Below are positions 1-9,733 of a stretch of 64,000 nucleotides of DNA, piece after piece. The position numbers and the translations under genes were made by a program. Within the stretch, counting starts at the first letter, position 1. Each line of letters starts with the position of its first letter. The stretch lies in contig OZ001293.3 of the NCBI GenBank assembly GCA_963921275.4, positions 4,096,001 through 4,160,000 on the forward strand, written 5' to 3'. The notes beneath the pieces were generated by a model that was given only the letters and a program-made list of their open reading frames with translations, made no database searches and had not been told where the DNA came from. This DNA is from an uncultured Hormoscilla sp. Lineage in GTDB: Bacteria > Cyanobacteriota > Cyanobacteriia > Cyanobacteriales > Desertifilaceae.

Positions 1-596
1 ATCTCTCCTAAATTCTCTGGGATTTCCTCGAACTCTGACGCCTGCTTGATGAAATAAATCCATTTCTCTGCTAAAGTAGTCAGGTCTTTCAACTCTTTTT
101 CAAATCTCGGCAATTCGACAAAGATTAGCTGCAATTCGTGTTCGGGATACGCTGAGGAGTCTTCTTCATCTTTGAACTGGAATTTATGAATTACTTTCTG
201 GCTTTGATGGAACAGAATAAAATCTGTTCCTGTGACGGAAATCACTGGGGATATCTTCAGGTAATAGTCTCCTGATGTTAACTGATTTGCATAGGCTTTG
301 CACATGTTGTATATTACCCGCTTGTGAAATGCTGATACCCGTGCTATTTGCATTTCAATTAATACCATTTCATCATTCTGTAGTATAGCTCGGACATCCA
401 AGTAACTTTCCTTTAATGTCTCTACCTCACCCGGGTTGTAAGGATTGACAATGGTTAAGCTGGAAATTACGCTTTCTCCATTGTAGACGATCGCATTCAA
501 GAAACTTATCAGAATATCTTCACTTTGGTCGGAGCCAAATATTTTTTTGAAGGCAAAATCGACTTTGGGACTAATGAAGGTTTTCTTGGCTATCAC
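1..596 (-). CDS. Rpn family recombination-promoting nuclease / PD-(D/E)XK putative transposase (3' end runs off the window)
   Basis: Manual translation from GTG at 596 behind an AAGGAG RBS: MIAKKTFISPKVDFAFKKIFGS...LISFLNAI...YLDVRA...IEMQ, the typical Rpn N-terminal motifs; absent from ORF track because it is open to the window edge. Confidence 0.85.
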   Translation of the reverse strand, partial: MIAKKTFISPKVDFAFKKIFGSDQSEDILISFLNAIVYNGESVISSLTIVNPYNPGEVETLKESYLDVRAILQNDEMVLIEMQIARVSAFHKRVIYNMCKAYANQLTSGDYYLKISPVISVTGTDFILFHQSQKVIHKFQFKDEEDSSAYPEHELQLIFVELPRFEKELKDLTTLAEKWIYFIKQASEFEEIPENLGE

Positions 597-777
597 TTTT
601 TTCTCCTTATTTTATCGGTTCGGCGATTCCTGTCAAGCTTGCTCCACGCTCTGACGCTTAACTGACTATACTATATTAACACATGGAAGTAGTGCTATTC
701 TTTGCCTAGACACCGGTGCTAGCCTGGGGCAAGAGCGTAGGGCTCACTCCCGCCCCAATACTTCTCGGTAATAACCT

Positions 778-847
778 GTCATTGCGAGGGGGGAAGCTCA
801 AACCGAGATTGTAGGGATCGCCCCAGGATCCCCCCCTCGCAATGACA
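778..847. repeat. REP/MITE-like inverted repeat TGTCATTGCGAGGGGGG...CCCCCCTCGCAATGACA
   Basis: 17-bp perfect inverted arms; the same arms recur at about 29143-29270. Confidence 0.6.
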
Positions 848-999
848 AATAAGTTTTTTTTCGCTATATCAACGATATTGGTCTCTGCCGTTGTGCTTAA
901 CCGAGAGGTATTGACTCCCGCCCGCGCTAACTGTATGATAGAGAACAATGAACAATGGCTTTCGGTAATTTTTAATTTTGCATTGCTTCAGAGGTAAAG

Positions 1000-1500
1000 A
1001 TGGTACAGACATCCACCAGTCCCAACACCGAAACTAATACGATCGCACTGCCAGGGACAGTAGCACTGAACATCACCCAGGAGCAGTTTGCGGCCCTAGC
1101 AGCAGCAAACCGAGACATGAGACTGGAAAGAACTGCAGAAGGAGAGTTAATAGTGAATCCACCTACAGGCTGGGAAACAGGAGAACGCAACCGCAGCCTT
1201 ACCGGACAACTCGATCGCTGGTACGAAGAGAACGAAAATTTGGGTAAAGCCTTTGACTCATCGACAGGTTTCATTTTACCAAATGGCGCGACTCGCGCCC
1301 CCGATGCTTCTTGGGTTAGTCGAGAACGTTGGGATGCCCTTACTCCCGAACAAAAAGGAACCTTTGCTAATATCTGCCCTGATTTTATTGTTGAGTTACG
1401 GTCTAGTTCCAATCGGCTGGGAACCCTGCAAGCTAAGATGACCGAATACATCAATAATGGCGCCAGACTGGGCTGGCAGGGGCGACGGCGGCTTTGCTAG
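1000..1500 (+). pseudogene. Uma2 (DUF820) family endonuclease, C-terminally truncated
   Basis: ERTAEGELIVNPP, FDSSTGFILPNGATRAPDASWV and PDFIVELRS motifs; after ARLGW the expected LIDP tail is replaced by unrelated sequence. Confidence 0.8.
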
Positions 1501-1675
1501 GGCAGGTTTTTAAGTTGGCAGTCACTCAACCTTGGTTTGGGGCCCAAAATGTGGACGTGACGGCACCGGAATGGTTGCGGGGTGGCTTGCTACTGCCCCT
1601 CGGAAATAATTTTCAACTGTCTTATGTGAGGCTGTTTATAATTGGGCTCACGGTCCTTTGTATTGTCGGCATTTA
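1477..1675 (+). pseudogene. urtB: Internal fragment of urea ABC transporter permease UrtB
   Basis: QPWFGAQNVDVTAPEWLRGG...YVRLFIIGLTVLCIVGI resembles cyanobacterial UrtB; no start codon, ends at the intron 5' boundary. Confidence 0.65.
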
Positions 1676-4073
1676 GTGCGACTCGTTCAGTGTAAACCAC
1701 CGGTGATAACCGAAGGGGGACCACTGGCAAGGCTCCATTAGCCTTGATAACTTTTAGATGATGGTGGTGAAAGCCCACCCCTCCAGGTGCAGGAGTGACA
1801 GCACTTACCCCACGGTAGCGATGGCATCAATCCGTGAAGCGGGTACGAAAGGCGCCCTGGCTGGTAGCCTAAACCGGTCATCGCCGATTTTTCGCGCAGC
1901 GTGCAAGTAGTCACGGTGAGCGAAAGCAAAGATTTACAGTGTCGTTACGACAAACCAGCGTAATAAGGCTAAACACGCTGGCCCAAAAGGGAAAGGATAA
2001 TGGTCATTGGCGGTTCCTTTTCCGACCAATAAGCACCGACAATAAACCCGGCATAAGGAATCCACCTAAAACTACGACCAATCATCTAGAGGAACGAAGT
2101 AAACCAGGTACATACTCTCAACCACCGGTCGATAGGTTGAGCAGCCACCAAAGGCGCAACATCTGCTTACATTCGGCAGGTTATATCTGGGAAAGATTTC
2201 GCGGAGAAGCTAACGCCTTTCTGTAATGGATGGGATATGCTGACGCCCTCACGGTAACGTCAATTGTAAAGTTGTAAGTAGCAATACATACGTCATGAGC
2301 ACGATGTCAAAATCGATGAATGAATGGAAGGATATCCCCTGGCCTCGGCTGGAACGGGTAGTCTTTAAGTTGCAAAAACGAATTTACAGAGCGGCACAAG
2401 AAGGCAATAAGCAAAAAGTTCGCAGGCTCCAAAGGTTACTGGTAAGCTCCCGGGCTGCCAAATGTCTAGCGGTACGACGGGTTACACAAGATAACCAGGG
2501 AAAGAAGACAGCCGGTGTGGATGGTGTGAAATCACTAACCCCAAAGCAACGCCGAGAACTGGTAGGACAGATTGAAATCTCAAACAAGGCTAAGCCTACA
2601 CGTCGTGTATGGATTCCTAAGCCAGGGAGAGAAGAAAAACGTCCTTTAGAAATACCCACGATGCACGACCGCGCGAATCAAGGGCTCCTCAAGATTGCGC
2701 TTGAACCCGAATGGGAAGCATATATGGAGGGGAACTCATACGGATTCAGACCGGGTCGGGGATGCCACGATGCAATTGCGGCAATATTCAGCAGCATTAA
2801 ACAGAAACCCAAATGGGTATTAGATGCAGATATTGCGAAATGTTTCGACAGGATAGACCACAAAGCGCTAGTCGAAAAATTAAATACTACGTCACCAATC
2901 CGTAAACAAGTACGGGCATGGTTAAAAGCCGGGGTGATTGACAAGAAGATATGGCACACAACTGAGGCAGGAACGCCACAAGGGGGTGTCATATCCCCAC
3001 TGCTAGCCAATATAGCCCTACAGGGGTTAGAGGAAGCAGTAATGGAATTAGCAAAGACACAAAGGGAAAAGCAAAAGCTGACGGTAGTCAGATACGCAGA
3101 CGACTTTGTGATCATGCATGAAGACAGGGAGATGATAGACAGAGCGCAAACAGTGGTGGCAGAGTGGCTAAGAAGAATAGGGCTTGAGTTGAAGGCCGAA
3201 AAGACAAAGATAGCCCACAGGCTAAATGGAGAAAACCCGGGATTCGACTTCCTAGGATTCAATATAAGGCAATATAAAGAGGGAAAATACAGAACCGGCA
3301 AATCAACAAACGGAACACCCCTAGGATTCAAAACCCTAATCAAACCCAGTAATAAGTCCATAGGGAAGCATAAAGAACGGTTATCAGAAATGGTAACTAG
3401 CCATATAACAGCACCACAAGCGGCCCTAATAAGCAGGCTAAACCCGATAATAAGGGGATGGTCAAACTACTTTAGGACAGTGGTAAGCAAGGAAATTTAC
3501 AGCGATATGGACAACTACCTATGGAACATCCTATGGCAATGGGCCAAAAGGAGGCACCCTAACAAGTCAAGTAACTGGATAACCTATAAATACTGGTCTG
3601 TAAACCAGGATGCTAAATGGCGATTCCGAAGCAAGACAAAAGAGGGTGATATGAAGATACGTAAACACTCCGAAACTGAGATAATCAGACACGTAAAAGT
3701 GAAAGGGACCGCAAGCCCATACGACGGGAACCTCACATATTGGAGCACAAGATTAGGCAAAAGCCCCGAACTGAGTAAAAGGGTAGCAACGCTACTCAAG
3801 CAGCAAAAGGGAAAATGCCAACAGTGCGGACTAACGTTTATGGATAGTGACAAATGGGAAGTTGACCATATCATGCCCCTTTCACTAGGAGGTAAGGACC
3901 GGTATGACAACCTACAGTTGCTACACAAACACTGCCACGACAAAAAGACTGCCAGCGATGGCAGTAGCCGTACCCATGACAAGGGTGGCGTGACCGAGGA
4001 GCAGGATGAGGCGAAAGTCTCATGTCCGGTTTTGAAGACGAGTCGGTCCGGTGACGGACTGGCTTAGTTTAAT
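1676..4073 (+). mobile_element. Group II intron (RT/maturase/HNH-encoding), copy 1
   Basis: Starts GTGCG at 1676; domain V/VI-like GAGCAGGATGAGGCGAAAGTCTCATGTCCGGTTTTG...GGCTTAGTTTAAT end; boundaries defined by alignment with copy 2. Confidence 0.92.
2295..4067 (+). CDS. ltrA: Group II intron reverse transcriptase/maturase with C-terminal HNH endonuclease
   Basis: RT0 (AVRRVTQDNQGKKTAGVDG), PQGGVISPLLANI, YADD, domain X (LNPIIRGWSNYF), CQQC...EVDH...NLQLLHKHCH HNH. Confidence 0.95.
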   Translation: MSTMSKSMNEWKDIPWPRLERVVFKLQKRIYRAAQEGNKQKVRRLQRLLVSSRAAKCLAVRRVTQDNQGKKTAGVDGVKSLTPKQRRELVGQIEISNKAKPTRRVWIPKPGREEKRPLEIPTMHDRANQGLLKIALEPEWEAYMEGNSYGFRPGRGCHDAIAAIFSSIKQKPKWVLDADIAKCFDRIDHKALVEKLNTTSPIRKQVRAWLKAGVIDKKIWHTTEAGTPQGGVISPLLANIALQGLEEAVMELAKTQREKQKLTVVRYADDFVIMHEDREMIDRAQTVVAEWLRRIGLELKAEKTKIAHRLNGENPGFDFLGFNIRQYKEGKYRTGKSTNGTPLGFKTLIKPSNKSIGKHKERLSEMVTSHITAPQAALISRLNPIIRGWSNYFRTVVSKEIYSDMDNYLWNILWQWAKRRHPNKSSNWITYKYWSVNQDAKWRFRSKTKEGDMKIRKHSETEIIRHVKVKGTASPYDGNLTYWSTRLGKSPELSKRVATLLKQQKGKCQQCGLTFMDSDKWEVDHIMPLSLGGKDRYDNLQLLHKHCHDKKTASDGSSRTHDKGGVTEEQDEAKVSCPVLKTSRSGDGLA

Positions 4074-4218
4074 TGTCTCTCTAGCCAGGTGCTCAGCTGG
4101 CTGAACCCTTTGTCGTCGTTGTAGAAGTGTTTTGGTGAGAGTTTTGCCGTTCTCAAGCATCAGAGCGACATGAAATGTCTTTTTGCGCTCTGTCGATGCC
4201 TAGAACTGTTTGTGTCAT
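4074..4218 (-). pseudogene. IS110 family recombinase N-terminal fragment (frameshifted)
   Basis: ATG at 4218; with frame corrections reads MTQTVLGID..KKTFHVALMLENGK...FYNDDKGFSQLSTWLERQ, a DEDD_Tnp_IS110-like start; cut by the intron 3' end. Confidence 0.7.
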
Positions 4219-4224
4219 AGCGCT

Positions 4225-4471
4225 GTACCTCAATTTTAACTCAATTTTAAGTGGATAGCATACAAATTGTATGCTGACTGGTCAATGCAACTAACCGCGG
4301 TTTAGCAGGCTCAACAAAGCGTGGGTGGCCTAAGATACTGGACAGTATCAGGATCAAACCAGTCGTGATTCACCTGCAGGGAGCTAATCTACACAACAGA
4401 CTTAGCCTTAAGGTGTATTAGGGGCACGCCAGCTTCACCTGACCGAAGTAGAGAGAGTGTTTGAGTGCTCT
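4225..4471 (-). ncRNA. Putative IS110 bridge RNA (left-end non-coding region), probably degenerate
   Basis: Lies directly upstream of the IS110 ORF; minus strand carries GCGTGCCCCT...CTGTTGTGTAGATT (target-loop-like) and CAGTATCT...GCATACAA (donor-loop-like). Confidence 0.6.
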
Positions 4472-4671
4472 GGTCGGGGTCGAGCTGGGAATCACTCCCC
4501 AACCCTCCAAGAGCGGAACCGGGCTTGCGACTTTCACCGCACCCGGCTACTGGGCAGTAGGGCCTTGTCATTGGTAGGATTACTGGGGATTACTCCCGTT
4601 GTCCCTCATCTCATGTAATTTCTCCCCTTTCCTGGTTGGTAAGTGGCGCTGCCGGATAACCTTTAGTATTA

Positions 4672-5683
4672 ACTCAAGTTGCGACCTATAAAAATTGGAT
4701 ACAAAAAGCTATGATAAAGAGAATTATTTTCAACTCTAATCCCTTAGATGTAACAGCATGAATTGACTTGGGAAACAAATTTGTGATTCGACTAAAACAG
4801 GTTTCAACTTGTTTTCTTGTTACTTTTTGTATATATTCAAAACAAGAATATTCTTTTTTTTTTGAGTTCTTTTTTCGCAAAGGTTTTAACATTATACTTG
4901 ACGACTCTTTTAGTAAATCCTCTAATTGATAATCATTATAAGCTTTATCTCCATAAACTATTGAATTTGATGGTAAGTCAAAGCCAAAAGATTGCAAAAC
5001 TTTAAAATCATTATAACTACCAGGATCTAGATAAAATTCTATTGGCTTTCCATTTTTGTTTACCAACATATGAACTCTTAATCCATAAAAATAACGTTTT
5101 TTACTGGCAATATACCCTCGATATTCTTCCTTGTTATAAATTTGGCATCTATCAATCCTAATATTATCACATACTGGCACCGGGAAACTATCAAGAATAT
5201 ATTCTTGACCCGGATTGAGATATTTAAATGTTTGAGCTATAACTTGGAAGAAAAACATCCAAATTGGTTCGTCAATATTGTGTAATCGACGATTGAACCT
5301 ACTTTTACTTAACAGATTTTTTATATACTTGTGTTGGACCATAAATTGACAAGAGCGATCGTGGTGTCCTCCGAAAAAATATGCAGCAACTAATCCGACT
5401 GTCATCACTTCGGCATTGTTCATTTTTACTTGTGGATCTTCTTTTATATTTAACGCTTTTAGTAGCTCGTCACAAAGAACAAAAATTGTTGTAATCATAT
5501 CTTCCATCATCTACATCCCCCAGCAATTAACTATTATTTTAGTACATTATAACCTATAAACAGCCAACCCGCCGTCTAGCACAAAAAAAATATAATTTTG
5601 TATCAAAAGCTACGAAATATCCCAAATATCTGTAAAGTCTAAGTGGGTAATTCATATTTTTTTTAATAGGTCGCAACTTAGGT
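4672..5683 (-). mobile_element. IS982 family element, copy 1
   Basis: TIRs ACTCAAGTTGCGACCTAT / ATAGGTCGCAACTTAGGT; 5-bp TSD TATTA. Confidence 0.9.
4686..5510 (-). CDS. IS982 family DDE transposase
   Basis: 274 aa; ILDSFP, YFYGLRVH, GDKAY, RKQVET motifs. Confidence 0.9.
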   Translation of the reverse strand: MMEDMITTIFVLCDELLKALNIKEDPQVKMNNAEVMTVGLVAAYFFGGHHDRSCQFMVQHKYIKNLLSKSRFNRRLHNIDEPIWMFFFQVIAQTFKYLNPGQEYILDSFPVPVCDNIRIDRCQIYNKEEYRGYIASKKRYFYGLRVHMLVNKNGKPIEFYLDPGSYNDFKVLQSFGFDLPSNSIVYGDKAYNDYQLEDLLKESSSIMLKPLRKKNSKKKEYSCFEYIQKVTRKQVETCFSRITNLFPKSIHAVTSKGLELKIILFIIAFCIQFL

Positions 5684-5946
5684 TATTACCAATTTATCTG
5701 AGTCCGTTTCACCAGTTATCCCACCTTCGCATGCTAGGTATTGGGGCGTATTAGGGTTACTTTAGCCCGAGATTTCCTACTGTCACCGACCCCTGTTTGC
5801 TTATCCCAGGCATTAATTAGGGCTTTTGCTTCTTGGGCCATCCCTCCCACCGTAGCTTGCGCTTCACATCTGACTGGTCTCGGTAGACAGCACACGATGG
5901 GTTACTTCGTTCCCTAGTATCATTTCACGATGCTTTTAGGTTCCTA

Positions 5947-6864
5947 CTATACCCCGGGTCTCTCCGTAAAGGAAGAGGGCAGATAGGGGGTCTGCACGCC
6001 CATTTTCTTCGCAGCTAACGCCTCCTCAGCGATGCGATCGCACTTGCGGAGGAACCCGGACCACAAATCTTGTCCCATAACGGGGTTTCTGAGATCGTGA
6101 CTGGCTTTAGAGACTGCTGCTTCTAGGGGTTCTCCTTTGCTAACGTAATATTGAATGCGTTCTTCTTCAAAGGCGGGATAAGGAACACCAGGTTCTATCT
6201 CCCAGTCCCGCTTAACTTTCTGACTTTCACCTAAAGCTATTCCGGCGACAAATTCATCCCAAAAGGGAGACAATAACCCTTTAGTCATGCCATCGATCAC
6301 CTTAAAAACCCATCCCGAAGGGTTAGGATACCCTTGGATCTTAGCATACTCTAATAAAGTCCGTTGAAATTCCTCTAATTCAGCAGGAGACTTCCAGGGA
6401 CCGCTAAATTGATAATTCGGAGTGACTTGCACGGCAATAGCTTGACGTCGCACCGGGAAATATTTATCTTCTTTAATTGTTCTGGGAGTTTTATCTTGAA
6501 CCTGAATTAGAGATGCTTGAGATTCCTCTGGTGTAATCAAATTATCCTCTAATCTTTTTTCTAGGGCCTCCAGGTCCGGCCAAAACTCCAGGGCCCCACT
6601 TTTCCCGCTAACTATTCTCTCTTTCAAGAGCGATCGGGCCTTAAGTTGGCGGCGTGCCAGATCTTGTTCCGAGGAATTCAAACCGGTTTCCGCCTCCATT
6701 TGCTCGACAGTAATGGATATCCATTCTTGAGAATTACCCGAGGAATGACTCTGACACAGTTGACAGAAAAACACGGCAGCAGTTACCCCACCAGTAACTT
6801 TAGCCACCTGAGGATAATATACCATTGGTTGACCTATCTGTCGCCAAAATACTCCTAATTTCAC
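5947..6864 (-). CDS. Hypothetical protein with N-terminal replication-protein-like HTH; C-terminus truncated
   Basis: 305-aa ORF; the stop codon lies inside the intron remnant, so the native end was deleted. Confidence 0.6.
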   Translation of the reverse strand: MKLGVFWRQIGQPMVYYPQVAKVTGGVTAAVFFCQLCQSHSSGNSQEWISITVEQMEAETGLNSSEQDLARRQLKARSLLKERIVSGKSGALEFWPDLEALEKRLEDNLITPEESQASLIQVQDKTPRTIKEDKYFPVRRQAIAVQVTPNYQFSGPWKSPAELEEFQRTLLEYAKIQGYPNPSGWVFKVIDGMTKGLLSPFWDEFVAGIALGESQKVKRDWEIEPGVPYPAFEEERIQYYVSKGEPLEAAVSKASHDLRNPVMGQDLWSGFLRKCDRIAEEALAAKKMGVQTPYLPSSFTERPGV

Positions 6865-6923
6865 TTTTTTATCCTTATCATTCGTTCGTAGTAAGGACTT
6901 TAGTCCTTACCTCCGTCATGCAA

Positions 6924-7322
6924 TTATGAGAAACAAATTGCTTCTACTTTCACCTCAACCAGCATCGCCGGATCTACTAAAGCGCTAACTTCAACCATTG
7001 TACTGGTTGGGGGATGTTCTGCAAAGAATTCGCGATGGGCCTGAATAAACTCTTGGGCGCGACTAATATCAGTCACAAACAAGCGTACTCGGATAACATC
7101 GCTACAGTCAGCCCCCAAATCCTGCAAAGATTTTTGGATAATTGACAAGCAATATTTAGTTTGGGCGTAAGCATCTCCGGGGGCGAATACGCCTCCAGAT
7201 TGATCGATAGGTGCGGTCCCGGAAACATAAATCTGGTTTCCCACTCTGAGGGCGCGACAGTAACCCGCTTTTTCCTCCCAACTCGTTCCCGAAAATGTCC
7301 TAGTAATTTGTTTATTCGCCAT
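6924..7322 (-). CDS. RidA/YjgF family protein
   Basis: SGTSWEEKAGYCRALRVGNQIYVSGT...PTSTMVEVSALV; start taken at MANKQ. Confidence 0.85.
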   Translation of the reverse strand: MANKQITRTFSGTSWEEKAGYCRALRVGNQIYVSGTAPIDQSGGVFAPGDAYAQTKYCLSIIQKSLQDLGADCSDVIRVRLFVTDISRAQEFIQAHREFFAEHPPTSTMVEVSALVDPAMLVEVKVEAICFS

Positions 7323-7324
7323 TC

Positions 7325-8077
7325 TCAATTTTCCATTTTCCATTCGCCATTCTCAATTCGCAACATTTGGTTGCCGCCGCGCTGAAATTCATAATCCACC
7401 TGCCGGGTTTCTACATGATAACCCTGCTGTCTTAATTCCATTATAGTACCTGACAGGTGTGGAGAAGGTTCTCCCGATAGATCCAGCAGGGGGAAGATGC
7501 GGACTGCCCTAGCGACTCGACATAGTTCTAGTATAGCATGGAAATGGAATGCTGCATCAAGTTGGTCGGAATAAAGAAATAATAGATGAGAACAGAGGGC
7601 TAAATCAAATTTTTTTTTATTGAAAGGTAGTACTGGCAATTCAGCTTTCACATAACGCCCTGACTTTTTCCCCTCGGTAAAATCAGCCAAAAACTGCTGC
7701 ATGGCTGCCATTCTCACCTGTCCTAGCTGAGTGGGAGAGGTGATTTCTCTTTGCCAAACATATTGATCTTGATTTGCCTTTACTCCCTCGACAATAACTG
7801 GATAAGTTGCTTGAATGCGTCGGGCAATTTCATCAGCGCTGAATTGATAAACTGGATCGCAGGAAATCACATTATTGTAGCCCTTTCGATGCCCTCGGGG
7901 CACGCTACTCGCACTACCCCTCGCACATCGCCGCGTCATTTCCGCATTAAAGCTAGCAGGACCGCCACCAGAATCAAGGATCTTTAAATCTAACTCTGGT
8001 ATAGTAATGTCGAACATTCTCAGGTATTCAGAGTGCGATCGGCCCCAGGGTACTACGTTATCTAGCTTTAATCCCAT
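7325..8077 (-). CDS. SAM-dependent methyltransferase with a 14-codon hairpin insertion
   Basis: VVPWGRS, ILDSGGGPASF, FDLALCSHLLFLYS, YEFQRGGNQML. Confidence 0.8.
   Translation of the reverse strand: MGLKLDNVVPWGRSHSEYLRMFDITIPELDLKILDSGGGPASFNAEMTRRCARGSASSVPRGHRKGYNNVISCDPVYQFSADEIARRIQATYPVIVEGVKANQDQYVWQREITSPTQLGQVRMAAMQQFLADFTEGKKSGRYVKAELPVLPFNKKKFDLALCSHLLFLYSDQLDAAFHFHAILELCRVARAVRIFPLLDLSGEPSPHLSGTIMELRQQGYHVETRQVDYEFQRGGNQMLRIENGEWKMEN
7887..7930. repeat. CG-bounded mini-hairpin element (net 42 nt)
   Basis: Same loop (cgct[a]ytcgcactacc) and same length as the copies at 14743-14786 and 38041-38084. Confidence 0.75.
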
Positions 8078-8721
8078 TGTTTGGCCTCCGTAAACTGGTT
8101 ATTTTGTATCCCCGGCGACGGTTTTAGTAAATTATATACAGGACTGAGGCAAATTGTCAAACCGAGTCCTAGATTTAGCTTCTGGTGGGCGGTACTGAGT
8201 TATGATATCATCAGGGAGCGCGATCGTTTGCTTTGAGAACGGCGATCCATGGCCTCCCATCCGCCGGTGCGATCGCCGGACATGAGAATCGTTGGAGAGA
8301 TTTGGAATTGTCAAATTGAGGACATTCCCACGAAGCTCAATTAATGGTAAAACCATCTTCACTGATGCAGGGCATCTGCGATGACAATTGTAGACTATAA
8401 TTGATAGATAAGATGGACTATTCCCAAATTCGCGCCGAAGCAGAAAGACTGCTGGAGATACTTTATGTAACACCGTTTGAAGACTGCTGCCCCTTGACCA
8501 AACAATTTTCCCATCTGATGGTTAGACCGGGTTTGTATGCTATCCGTCATCGGGTTGATGGTATATTAACTCAAGTTGCTACCTATAAAAATTGCGACCT
8601 CCCAGACAGCCATTTTGGTAAATTTATTCGCCAAAATGCCGTTTTGGGGTAAATCACAAGGTAATTTTGGCTGATTTTGGCTGATTTTGGCGCTTTGCAA
8701 GGAGTTGAGGTTCTATAGGTA

Positions 8722-9733
8722 ACCTAAGTTGCGACCTATTAAAAAAAATATGAATTACCCACTTAGACTTTACAGATATTTGGGATATTTCGTAGCTTTT
8801 GATACAAAATTATATTTTTTTTGTGCTAGACGGCGGGTTGGCTGTTTATAGGTTATAATGTACTAAAATAATAGTTAATTGCTGGGGGATGTAGATGATG
8901 GAAGATATGATTACAACAATTTTTGTTCTTTGTGACGAGCTACTAAAAGCGTTAAATATAAAAGAAGATCCACAAGTAAAAATGAACAATGCCGAAGTGA
9001 TGACAGTCGGATTAGTTGCTGCATATTTTTTCGGAGGACACCACGATCGCTCTTGTCAATTTATGGTCCAACACAAGTATATAAAAAATCTGTTAAGTAA
9101 AAGTAGGTTCAATCGTCGATTACACAATATTGAGGAACCAATTTGGATGTTTTTCTTCCAAGTTATAGCTCAAACATTTAAAGAGCTCAATCCGGGTCAA
9201 GAATATATTCTTGATAGTTTCCCGGTGCCAGTATGTGATAATATTAGGATTGATAGATGCCAAATTTATAACAAGAAAGAATATCGAGGGTATATTGCCA
9301 GTAAAAAACGTTATTTTTATGGATTAAGAGTTCATATGTTGGTAAACAAAAATGGAAAGCCAATAGAATTTTATCTAGATACTGGTAGTTATAATGATGT
9401 TAAAGTTTTGCAATCTTTTGGCTTTGACTTACCATCAAATTCAATAGTTTATGGAAATAAAGCTTATAATGATTATCAATTAGAGGATTTACTAAAAGAG
9501 TCGTCAAGTATAATGTTAAAACTTTTGCGAAAAAAGAACTCAAAAAGAAAAGAATATTCTTGCTTTGAATATATACAAAAAGTAACAATAAAACAAGTTA
9601 AAACCTGTTTTAGTCGAATCACCAATTTGTTTCCCAAGTCAATTCATGCTGTTACATCTAAGGGATTAGAGTTGAAAATAATTCTCTTTATCATAGCTTT
9701 TTGTATCCAATTTTTATAGGTCGCAACTTGAGT
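8722..9733 (+). mobile_element. IS982 family element, copy 2
   Basis: Same TIRs as copy 1; 6-bp TSD TAGGTA inside the MITE TIR. Confidence 0.9.
8895..9719 (+). CDS. IS982 transposase, probably catalytically dead
   Basis: GDKAY is GNKAY and QVET is QVKT relative to the other two copies. Confidence 0.8.
   Translation: MMEDMITTIFVLCDELLKALNIKEDPQVKMNNAEVMTVGLVAAYFFGGHHDRSCQFMVQHKYIKNLLSKSRFNRRLHNIEEPIWMFFFQVIAQTFKELNPGQEYILDSFPVPVCDNIRIDRCQIYNKKEYRGYIASKKRYFYGLRVHMLVNKNGKPIEFYLDTGSYNDVKVLQSFGFDLPSNSIVYGNKAYNDYQLEDLLKESSSIMLKLLRKKNSKRKEYSCFEYIQKVTIKQVKTCFSRITNLFPKSIHAVTSKGLELKIILFIIAFCIQFL

Larger units (their letters stand above)
4472..5958 (-). mobile_element. ORF-less group II intron remnant (5'-truncated), interrupted by IS982
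   Basis: Minus strand DV AGCCGGGTGCGGTGAAAGTCGCAAGCCCGGTTC and DVI ending CGACCCCGACC; colinear homology to 47698-48568 up to CTATACCCCGGG at 5958. Confidence 0.8.

Noticed and set aside
2295..4067. RT as a retron, DGR or CRISPR-associated RT
   Set aside because: It has domain X, an HNH domain and flanking intron RNA boundaries (GTGCG start, DV/DVI); no TR/VR pair was seen
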